A DNA stretch of 64,000 bases, taken from positions 2,390 through 66,389 of the forward strand of contig JACSRU010000113.1 in the NCBI GenBank assembly GCA_014879575.1, given 5' to 3'. The DNA comes from Chthoniobacterales bacterium (GTDB taxonomy: Bacteria > Verrucomicrobiota > Verrucomicrobiia > Chthoniobacterales > Terrimicrobiaceae). A program made the position numbers and the translations under genes. Under the pieces are notes generated by a model. It saw only the letters and a list, made by a program, of their open reading frames with translations, did no database searches and was not told the DNA's origin. Shown here piece by piece: positions 56,721 to 64,000 of this stretch (the first letter of the stretch is position 1; each line of letters begins with the position of its first letter).

Positions 56721-57923
56721 TCACTCGCCTGTGGAAAGATCGGGCGGACTGCCGACGCCGTGTGCGCACAGGCGCGAACAATACCAGAGGGCGCGGGGGA
56801 GATGGAAGGGGCCCTTCCACATGTTGCCCTTGAGGGTGGAGGACGGGGTTCCATCCCGGTGCAGATAGCCGAACCATTCGCCAAATTCCGGGTCGGCGAG
56901 GTGCCGGAAACTCCAATCGTGCACGAGCCGGTGGCGTTCCTTCCAGATGGGACGGTCATCGAGCTTGCGTGCCAGCAGCGTGGCGATGAGGGCCTCGTTT
57001 TGGGGCCACCAAAATTTCATGTCGTGCCAGTATTCCTGGATGGGTCGCCCGTGGACGTCGCGGAAATAAAAAATGCCGCCGAATTCTTCATCCCAACCCC
57101 GTTTCCACATCCAGTCGAGGATGGTCAGACCAAGGTCGCACCAGGCGCGTTCCCCGCGCAGACGGCCTTCGTGCATGATGAACCACGCCGCCTCGATGGC
57201 ATGGCCGGGATTGAGTAGGCGTCCGTCGAAGTGATCGCTCAGCCCGCCGTCCGGTGAAACGGTTTCGAGAAGCGCCTCGAGGTCGGGTTTGAGAAAATCC
57301 CGGGCGATTTCCGCGATCCATCCGGCGATCCACTCGGAACAGGTCTTTCCGGAAATGGTGAGATCACCGAGGTTTTCCCGAATCTCCTGGGCGGTGACGA
57401 TGCCGATCATCAGCGGTCCGACACCCTTGGCCGGACGGGTGCCGGGATCAGTCTTCGCGGGCATGACGCCCGGCGTGAAACTGTGGTAAAGATAGGTGGC
57501 AAAATGCCGGATCGCATCGGCCCTCGCGCGTTCGTCCCCGGTGACATTCGCATACACCGCGTTCGCGATGCTCGCAAAGGACTCGCTATACACATACCGC
57601 CGCATGCGGAGCGGTTGGCCCTCGCGCGTCACGGTAAAATACATCTTCCCCTCCGGGCTTTCGCCATGACGCCGGAGGAATTCGATGCACGAGTGCGCGG
57701 CGTCCAGCCATTCGCCCCGCTTTTCCACCGTGCGATACAGAGTGCCAAACATCCAGGCCGCCCGACCCTGCATCCAGATCGCCTTGTCGGTGTCGATGAC
57801 CGCTCCCGCCCGATCGAGAGCGGTGAAAATCCCGCCCTGTTCGACATCCATGCCATGCCGCAACCAGAACGGCATCACATCGTCCAGCAGGGTTCTTCGA
57901 TAGAGGTCTCCAAATTCTTCCAT
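56721..57923 (-). CDS. N-acylglucosamine 2-epimerase (AGE) family isomerase/epimerase
   Basis: LLDDVMPFWLRHGMDVEQGGIFTALDR...IWMQGRAAWMF, typical of the (alpha/alpha)6 AGE family. ATG 57923 overlaps the upstream stop by 1 nt. Confidence 0.8.
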   Translation of the reverse strand: MEEFGDLYRRTLLDDVMPFWLRHGMDVEQGGIFTALDRAGAVIDTDKAIWMQGRAAWMFGTLYRTVEKRGEWLDAAHSCIEFLRRHGESPEGKMYFTVTREGQPLRMRRYVYSESFASIANAVYANVTGDERARADAIRHFATYLYHSFTPGVMPAKTDPGTRPAKGVGPLMIGIVTAQEIRENLGDLTISGKTCSEWIAGWIAEIARDFLKPDLEALLETVSPDGGLSDHFDGRLLNPGHAIEAAWFIMHEGRLRGERAWCDLGLTILDWMWKRGWDEEFGGIFYFRDVHGRPIQEYWHDMKFWWPQNEALIATLLARKLDDRPIWKERHRLVHDWSFRHLADPEFGEWFGYLHRDGTPSSTLKGNMWKGPFHLPRALWYCSRLCAHGVGSPPDLSTGE

Positions 57924-59398
57924 CAGGCAGGAATCCGAAAATGGGCCGGTCGCATCGCCCGGCACAGAAGTTGCGCGTCGCTGTGATGCGGGTTCCAGAG
58001 GGTTTCAGCAAACAGGGCGACGGATGGCTGGATCGCCTCCTCGAAGCCCGCGTCCTCGACGAGGCCGTTCGCCGTGATCACGGGATTCACCGCGAGCATC
58101 TCGCGATAAAAGCGGGCAGCCAGGGGATAGTTTTCAAACCAATGGATGTTCACGCGGTCCCATTCGTTCTGGCGGAGCGCAAGACGTTCCTGGCGGCGCA
58201 GGGCATTCTGTTCGCCAAGGATGAAGCCGGAATGATTTTCAAAATCCGCATGCCAGCGAATGCACGGCCACCCCTTGGGCACGAGGGCAAATTCCGAACC
58301 GGGCCGGAACGTCGCCAGCCTCCGTGAGTAATCGAGCGTGGTCTCAAAATCTGCGCTCGGCGCAATTTCCTGGGCCGGATAATACGAATACGGAATCTGC
58401 CCGAAGCAATCCTCCCAGACGATGGTCATCCGCGGGTCCAGTGCCGCGAGGTCGCGGTAGTTTTCCCCGACGGATGTGGCATGGAGTCCGAATTGAATGG
58501 CGAGGTCCGGGGATTCCTCCCACAGTGCCCGGGCGGTGTCGTTGACCAATGCGGTGGCCCAGGCAGCGGTGGACCGCCCGGCGCGTTCGAGTTCCTTGTG
58601 TTCGGTGAGGGTTTGAAAATAGATGCCATCGTGGTCCAGGCCCGCATACTGGCTGCGATAGGTCTCCAGCACACGCTCCCGGATGCGGCGGCGATCCTCG
58701 GAATTTGCAAGATCCAGACTCCCCTTGTGTCCCCAGCCCCAGTGAAACCCCAGAGTTACCCGGATGCCCCGGGCATGCGCGGCGTCCAAAACCTCCCCGA
58801 TGTTCAGCGGCACCTTGTCGTTCCAGATCGTCAGGCAATTCATCTTCAGCCGCATCATGTTGTCGAGGAAACGGCGATGACACAGGATCGGGTAGCCCCA
58901 GGTCCACAAGCCGCGGTTCCGGACAGCCGGCGCTTCCTGAATCGAAAACGGCGGGAGGATTTCCAGATGCTTCCGCCGCTCCGGACCCGCAAAGCCATCC
59001 ATCAACGAACCCCCGGAAAACAAACGCCCCGCCGCCTCCTGCACGCCATTGAGCGCCCCCTTTTCATCAAAGCCCGCGACCACCAGCAGGCGCGTTCCGG
59101 GCTGCCAGGGCGAGTCGGTCAGGACAACCGAATATCCCTCCCATCCCGGCGGGGGCGGGATTTTTCCCGAAGCCAGCAGGTCCGCGATGAGCGGATTCGA
59201 TTTTGCTGTCCCCACGATGGCGACATGCCCGTCGTCACAAGGCGGCACCCCGGCCGCCTCCACCACAAGCGGATAAGGCACGTAGTATTGCAGAATCTTC
59301 TGAAGTTCGACGACCGCCGTGCGCTCGACACCCTGAAAGGCTCCATAAAGCAGACGCCAGCGAAGCCCTTCAAAAATCCGACGAAATTCCGATTCCAT
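57923..59398 (-). CDS. hypothetical protein, possibly glycoside-hydrolase-like (TIM barrel)
   Basis: 491 aa. RGLWTWGYPI...MNCLTIWND...ARGIRVTLGFHWGWGH suggests a barrel after an N-terminal alpha/beta domain. Coupled to the AGE-family gene. Function not established. Confidence 0.55.
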   Translation of the reverse strand: MESEFRRIFEGLRWRLLYGAFQGVERTAVVELQKILQYYVPYPLVVEAAGVPPCDDGHVAIVGTAKSNPLIADLLASGKIPPPPGWEGYSVVLTDSPWQPGTRLLVVAGFDEKGALNGVQEAAGRLFSGGSLMDGFAGPERRKHLEILPPFSIQEAPAVRNRGLWTWGYPILCHRRFLDNMMRLKMNCLTIWNDKVPLNIGEVLDAAHARGIRVTLGFHWGWGHKGSLDLANSEDRRRIRERVLETYRSQYAGLDHDGIYFQTLTEHKELERAGRSTAAWATALVNDTARALWEESPDLAIQFGLHATSVGENYRDLAALDPRMTIVWEDCFGQIPYSYYPAQEIAPSADFETTLDYSRRLATFRPGSEFALVPKGWPCIRWHADFENHSGFILGEQNALRRQERLALRQNEWDRVNIHWFENYPLAARFYREMLAVNPVITANGLVEDAGFEEAIQPSVALFAETLWNPHHSDAQLLCRAMRPAHFRIPA

Positions 59399-59472
59399 AT
59401 CCAGCCCGGACTGTGTCGGGAGAAATTTTCACTGTCACGGCCAAAAGTGGCGGTGGAAGAGAGGCCAAGGGA

Positions 59473-59979
59473 TCAGGGGTGCGGGGATTTTGCCGGGGCG
59501 AGCCTGGTGATCGGGCGGTCGGGAAATTTTGAACCCGCTTGCGTGACGTAGTCGTGATTCCAGTCGAGTTCCACGAAATCGCCGGGGTGGAGGGCCCGAA
59601 TGGCCGCCAGGATTTTTTGGCTGACCCTGGGGGTCTTCCGGTTGTCCTCAATCAGCACACGAAATTGTTCCTGTTTGGGATCGCCATACTCCCCGGGTTT
59701 CTCGAAGCGGAGGTATTTGACGATGGTGAAAGTGGCGAGCGTCCCGGAATGTCCACACCGATCAGGACAGAGGGCGGTCATCCCAAGGCATCGGTGATCG
59801 CTCAAGCCGTCAAAGCGGGCCACCGTGGAATGTGCGGAGAGCAACTCGCGGCTTGTCTGCGGAAAATCATTCTGGCCGTGGGGATCTGAGGATGGGGCGG
59901 AGGCCCGCTCGCTCCCCGCGAAGTTGAGGTTCGACAAGAACGACAGAATGAGCAGGGACGGGAGGACGAAGGCTTTCAT
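59473..59979 (-). CDS. hypothetical secreted protein with a Cys/His cluster
   Basis: Start at MKAFVLPSLLILSFLSNLNFA (ATG 59979). HRCLGMTALCPDRCGH cluster. Confidence 0.6.
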   Translation of the reverse strand: MKAFVLPSLLILSFLSNLNFAGSERASAPSSDPHGQNDFPQTSRELLSAHSTVARFDGLSDHRCLGMTALCPDRCGHSGTLATFTIVKYLRFEKPGEYGDPKQEQFRVLIEDNRKTPRVSQKILAAIRALHPGDFVELDWNHDYVTQAGSKFPDRPITRLAPAKSPHP

Positions 59980-60051
59980 GGGGTGGCGGCTGACGATGGG
60001 GGGGCGGTGGGGGTCGCCTTTTCGAGCAACCCAACCAACCAAGCAGGCCGC

Positions 60052-60441
60052 TTAAAACTCGATCCGCATCAGGCGAACACCGGCAGGGGACCGAAAATCG
60101 CGCGGCGTCATTTTGTTATCCTTGTAGAAATCCGTATGGCGGCGGGTGAAATCGAGGAATTGTTTGTTGGAGCCGAAACGGATGAGTTCCGTGCGCGTGA
60201 CGGTTCCGTCCTTGTCCCGGTCCACCGAACGAAAGCTCTTTTCCGTGCCGCCAGCCTTGGTCCACTCCGCCACGGTCACCTGTCCATCCTTGTTGGCGTC
60301 CGCCCGCTCGACAACATAATCCGCATAGGCCGGTCCCGTGGTTCGCAAAGTTAAAGGCACATCCCAATTTGCTGGGTTTTTTTGGGTGCTCTGGCAGGCG
60401 GTCAGAAAGAGGGCGGCAACGGGAGCGAGATACAGACGCAT
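60052..60441 (-). CDS. EF-hand calcium-binding lipoprotein
   Basis: Lipobox LFLTAC after MRLYLAPVAA (ATG 60441). Two canonical loops: DANKDGQVTVAE and DRDKDGTVTRTE. Confidence 0.75.
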   Translation of the reverse strand: MRLYLAPVAALFLTACQSTQKNPANWDVPLTLRTTGPAYADYVVERADANKDGQVTVAEWTKAGGTEKSFRSVDRDKDGTVTRTELIRFGSNKQFLDFTRRHTDFYKDNKMTPRDFRSPAGVRLMRIEF

Positions 60442-60579
60442 GGTGAAATGAGGATTGCCCACGAGGTGTGCCAATTTGACGAAATAAATCCGAGCTTTTT
60501 TTTGGGCAGGCACTCGATAAAGAGGATTGCGGTTTCCTGCGGAAGGTGCTTATTAAAAAGTCACAACCTTTTCAATATC

Positions 60580-60906
60580 ATGGCCAATCTCACCAAACGT
60601 GACCTCGTGATGCGGATTAGTAAAGATACGGGATTCACCCAGCAGCAAGTGTTCGCCGTCCTCCAACAAACCCTGGACCATATCACGGATGCCCTGGCTT
60701 CGGGACGCGATGTCGAACTGCGTAACTTCGGAGTCTTCGAGGTCCGCCTGACAAAATCCCGCGTGGGTCGCAATCCGCACAAACCGGAAAAGGATGTCGT
60801 CATTCCGGCTCGGGCAACGGTGAAGTTCAAATCGGGGAAAATCATGCGTCAGCGTGTTTTGCTGCGCACCGAGGAACTCCGTGCCGTCACAAAAAAGGCC
60901 AACTGA
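60580..60906 (+). CDS. HU/IHF family DNA-binding protein
   Basis: MANLTKRDLVMRIS...RNFGVFEVRLTKSRVGRNPHKPEKDVVIPARATVKFKSGK. Start at ATG 60580. Confidence 0.88.
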   Translation: MANLTKRDLVMRISKDTGFTQQQVFAVLQQTLDHITDALASGRDVELRNFGVFEVRLTKSRVGRNPHKPEKDVVIPARATVKFKSGKIMRQRVLLRTEELRAVTKKAN

Positions 60907-60942
60907 GTTCTGAAATCGCTCGCATCTTCACGGGCGGAATCC

Positions 60943-63900
60943 ATCCGTATTCGCGGCGCACGGCAGAACAACCTGCGCGGCATGGATTTGGATCTGCCGC
61001 TTGGACAGTTGATCGTGGTAACCGGGCCGAGTGGCTGCGGCAAGTCGAGTCTGGCATTCGACACGGTTTACGCCGAGGGCCAGCGCCGGTATGTCGAGAC
61101 GTTCAGTCCCTACACGCGGCAATTCCTCGATCGGATGGACAAGCCGCTGGTGGACGTGATCGAAGGAATCCCGCCGGCCATCGCCATCGAGCAGGCGAAC
61201 CACGTCCGGACCACCCGCTCGACAGTGGGCACGATCACCGAGATCAACGACTATCTCAAACTGCTCTTCCCCCGGATTGCCCGGGGGTTTTGTCCCTCCT
61301 GCGCCCGCGAGGTCCGGCCGGAATCGGCCCGTTCGATTGTGGAGGCGATTTTGGATCGCTTTGCGGGAATCCCTGTGCTCGTGACCTTCGGCGTTCCGGC
61401 TCCCGCCGGGACAAGGCCTGCGGAGTTTTTCGAGTTTCTGCAACAACAGGGGTATCTTCGCGTCTGGCTGGGGGGGGCAATCGTCCGCACGGACGGGGTG
61501 CCTTCTGTCAAGCGACTGCCGGCGCGCGTTCCGGTCATTCAGGATCGTATCGAGGTCGCCTCTTCCCAGCGCTCACGATTGGTGGAGGCGGTCGAGAATG
61601 CGCTCCGCCTTGGCAGCGACAAGATGGCTGTCGTGCTTCCAGACGCGCAGGAGTCGCACCCCTACTCCGCGGGTTGGCACTGTGCGCATTGCGACACGGA
61701 TATCCGCCCCCCCTCCCCGGGGCTTTTCAGCTTTAATCATCCGATGGGGGCTTGTCCGGACTGTCGGGGATTTGGCCGGATTATCGGGATTGACTACCAG
61801 CGGGTGATGCCCGACCGCTCGCTTTCGATTTCCGAGGGAGTCGTCAAGCCGTTCCAGACCGGGCATTCCCGCGAGTGCCAGCAGGATTTGATGCGGCACT
61901 GCCTGCGCAGCGACGTGGACGTCCGCACCCCCTTTGAGAACCTTCCCAAGGCGGACCAGGACTGGGTGATCAACGGTGAGGGAAAAGGTGCTGCACAGGA
62001 AGTCTGGGAGAGCGGCCAGTGGTATGGGGTGAAGGGCTTTTTCGAGTGGCTCGAATCCAAAGCCTACAAAATGCACGTGCGCGTGCTCCTCAGTCGCTAC
62101 CGGAGCTACCAGCCCTGTCCGGCCTGCAACGGGGGAAGATTCCAGCCGGAAACCCTGAATTATCGGATCGAGCCCGCAGGCCTCACCATTGCCGATGTGG
62201 CCGCCAAGTCGGTCACGGAACTCGCGGATGTCTTTTCTGCGATGGAGCTGCCGGCGGAGGATGCCAGTGCGCATCTCGTGCATGAGCAGGTGTCCGCGCG
62301 ACTCCGTTATCTGAAGGAGGTTGGCCTCGGATACCTCACGCTCAACCGTCCGACGCGCTCGCTTTCCGGCGGAGAGCTCCAGCGTGTGAACCTGACGACC
62401 TGTCTGGGCGCCTCGCTCGTCAATACGCTTTTCGTCCTCGATGAGCCGAGCGTCGGCTTGCATCCGCGGGACATCGGGCGGCTCCTCCATGTCCTCTGTG
62501 GATTGCGCGACAAGGGCAACACCCTTCTCGTGGTCGAGCACGAAGAGGCGGTGATCCGGACGGCGGATCATCTTGTGGATATCGGCCCCGGTCGTGGAAC
62601 CGAGGGGGGGTGCCTCCTCTACAACGGCCCGGCGGACAAGTTCCTGGAAGTGGACTCCCTGACCTCCGATTATCTCGATGGACGCAAGGCCATCCCCGTT
62701 CCCAAAAAGCGGCGCAAGCCGAAAAAGTTCATCGAGCTTCGGGGAGTCCGACATCACAACCTGCGCGGGGTGGATGTGAAGATTCCCACCGGCGTCCTGT
62801 GCGCGGTAACCGGTGTGTCGGGCTCGGGGAAGACCTCGCTCGTTCGCGACGTGCTCCACCGGCATCTCGCGGGCCAGGAGCCTGCGGAGGATGAGGCGGC
62901 AGGATTCGTAAAATCCCTCTCCGGGGATGAGGACATCGGCGAGGTGGTCATGGTGGATCAATCGCCGCTGGCCCGCAGTCCGCGCTCCACCCCGGCGGTT
63001 TATCTGGGAGCCTACGATGGGATTCGGGAGATTTTCGGCACCACGAAGGAGGCGCTGGCGGGAGGCTTCTCCCCGGGATCTTTTTCCTTCAATGCCGGAC
63101 ACGGTCGCTGCGAACGGTGTGGGGGGCTGGGATTTGAGAAAGTCGAGATGCAATTTCTCAGCGACCTCTATCTTCGCTGCCCGGAGTGCGAGGGGAGGCG
63201 CTTCCGGACACCCATCCTCCACATCAAGGTCAATGGAAAGTCCATTCACGATGTGCTGGAAATGACAGCCGGTGAGGCCATCAAGTTTTTTGAGTCCCTG
63301 GATGCGCGGGGTGTGATCACGCGCCCCCTCCGCCTGCTTTCGGAGGTCGGACTCGACTATTTGAGGCTCGGGCAGCCGGTTAACGCGCTGAGCGGGGGGG
63401 AATCCCAACGTCTCAAGCTCGTCCACCACCTCGCGCAGAAACACGAGGAGGGTTCCCTCCTCATTTTTGACGAACCGACCACCGGCCTGCACTTCGACGA
63501 TGTCGCCCTCCTCCTCAAGGTTTTCCACCGGCTCGTCGGAGAGGGCAACAGCGTGCTCGTGATCGAACACAACCTGGAGGTCGTCAAATCTGCGGATTGG
63601 GTCGTGGATCTCGGCCCCGAAGGCGGGGACGGGGGCGGCAAGGTGATCGTCACCGGCCCGCCTGAAAAAATTGCCGCCTGCCAGAACTCCCACACCGGAC
63701 GGTTTTTATTGCCACTGCTCCAGGAGGGCACCGCCCGCGTGGCGGATGCGCCCACGAAGCCGCTGGTCACGCGCCAGGACACGGGATTCATCTCGGTGCG
63801 TGGAGCCCGTGAGCACAACCTGAAAAATCTGTCGGTTGATATCTCGCGCGACGCGATGGTCGTGGTCACCGGACTGAGTGGATCCGGGAAATCCACGCTG

Positions 63901-64000
63901 GCTTTCGACATCCTCTTTGCCGAGGGCCAAAGGCGCTTCCTCGACAGCATGTCCCCGTATGCCCGGCAGTTTGTGGAGCAGATGGAAAAGCCGGATGTCG
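60943..64000 (+). CDS. uvrA: excinuclease ABC subunit A, tandem UvrA-UvrA fusion (partial; runs off the right edge)
   Basis: Not in the ORF track (no stop in window).
- First module (hand translation, frame 1): [62 protein letters not shown] ... [11 protein letters not shown] ... [12 protein letters not shown] ... [11 protein letters not shown] ... [22 protein letters not shown].
- Second module: after a 23-aa linker it begins [50 protein letters not shown] (63790 onward).
- Start codon unresolved: the first canonical ATG is at 60982. Confidence 0.9.
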   Translation, partial: MRIRGARQNNLRGMDLDLPLGQLIVVTGPSGCGKSSLAFDTVYAEGQRRYVETFSPYTRQFLDRMDKPLVDVIEGIPPAIAIEQANHVRTTRSTVGTITEINDYLKLLFPRIARGFCPSCAREVRPESARSIVEAILDRFAGIPVLVTFGVPAPAGTRPAEFFEFLQQQGYLRVWLGGAIVRTDGVPSVKRLPARVPVIQDRIEVASSQRSRLVEAVENALRLGSDKMAVVLPDAQESHPYSAGWHCAHCDTDIRPPSPGLFSFNHPMGACPDCRGFGRIIGIDYQRVMPDRSLSISEGVVKPFQTGHSRECQQDLMRHCLRSDVDVRTPFENLPKADQDWVINGEGKGAAQEVWESGQWYGVKGFFEWLESKAYKMHVRVLLSRYRSYQPCPACNGGRFQPETLNYRIEPAGLTIADVAAKSVTELADVFSAMELPAEDASAHLVHEQVSARLRYLKEVGLGYLTLNRPTRSLSGGELQRVNLTTCLGASLVNTLFVLDEPSVGLHPRDIGRLLHVLCGLRDKGNTLLVVEHEEAVIRTADHLVDIGPGRGTEGGCLLYNGPADKFLEVDSLTSDYLDGRKAIPVPKKRRKPKKFIELRGVRHHNLRGVDVKIPTGVLCAVTGVSGSGKTSLVRDVLHRHLAGQEPAEDEAAGFVKSLSGDEDIGEVVMVDQSPLARSPRSTPAVYLGAYDGIREIFGTTKEALAGGFSPGSFSFNAGHGRCERCGGLGFEKVEMQFLSDLYLRCPECEGRRFRTPILHIKVNGKSIHDVLEMTAGEAIKFFESLDARGVITRPLRLLSEVGLDYLRLGQPVNALSGGESQRLKLVHHLAQKHEEGSLLIFDEPTTGLHFDDVALLLKVFHRLVGEGNSVLVIEHNLEVVKSADWVVDLGPEGGDGGGKVIVTGPPEKIAACQNSHTGRFLLPLLQEGTARVADAPTKPLVTRQDTGFISVRGAREHNLKNLSVDISRDAMVVVTGLSGSGKSTLAFDILFAEGQRRFLDSMSPYARQFVEQMEKPDV

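Noticed and set aside
61573-63693. 706-aa ORF on the minus strand
   Set aside because: Antisense shadow of uvrA, a typical high-GC mirror ORF. The plus strand carries unmistakable UvrA motifs throughout.

Overview
Densely coding, high-GC (about 60% by eye, not computed) bacterial chromosomal window. All calls come from reading the ORF-track proteins and the raw sequence; no searches were run.

The core is a minus-strand ribosomal-protein supercluster (29127-42688): rplD-rplW-rplB-rpsS-[inserted gene]-rplV-rpsC-rplP-rpmC-rpsQ-rplN-rplX-rplE-rpsH-rplF-rplR-rpsE-rplO-secY-adk-map-infA-rpmJ-rpsM-rpsK-rpsD. rpsJ/rplC, rpsN, rpmD and rpoA/rplQ are missing from their usual positions.

Flanking it are housekeeping and metabolic genes:
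- Left: glmM (partial), a minimal cdaR, cdaA, folP, hisD, an orphan nuoH, a TRIC-family channel, a CNNM/CorC protein, a DUF2130 protein, a sulfonate/nitrate-type ABC importer, an MsbA-like exporter, der, pgsA, a squalene/phytoene-synthase-like gene, queG, pyruvate carboxylase, two PLP enzymes, and a sulfotransferase / peroxiredoxin / disulfide-reductase trio.
- Right: an ECF sigma factor, a GAF-PP2C phosphatase with an RsbW-like kinase, lpdA, a lactonase, uppP, glnB, DUF2062, pheT, sugar-modifying genes, an HU/IHF protein and a tandemly duplicated uvrA that runs off the right edge.

Three genes are not in the ORF track and were found by hand: glmM 5' end (1-93, -), rpmJ (30889-31002, -) and uvrA (about 60943 to beyond 64000, +). 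No rRNA, tRNA, CRISPR array or intact transposase was seen.

No obvious self-contained novel system (for example a defence island) is present. The most unusual observations are:
1. An exported coiled-coil protein hard-wired between rpsS and rplV.
2. A cdaA-cdaR-glmM locus in which cdaR is reduced to a 70-codon membrane anchor overlapping both neighbours.
3. A UvrA-UvrA tandem fusion whose conserved N-terminus has no canonical start codon and lies in frame with the upstream HU gene across a single TGA.
4. A disulfide reductase / AhpE-like peroxiredoxin / sulfotransferase set replacing rpoA-rplQ after rpsD, again with a start-codon problem.
5. A catalytically degenerate ABC ATPase translationally coupled to a squalene/phytoene-synthase-like gene.
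6. A low-GC islet with an HTH-fused orphan DNA methyltransferase.
7. A 25-bp inverted-repeat (MITE-like) element.

A PVC/Verrucomicrobiota-like origin is only an inference from operon layout and the double-length UvrA.
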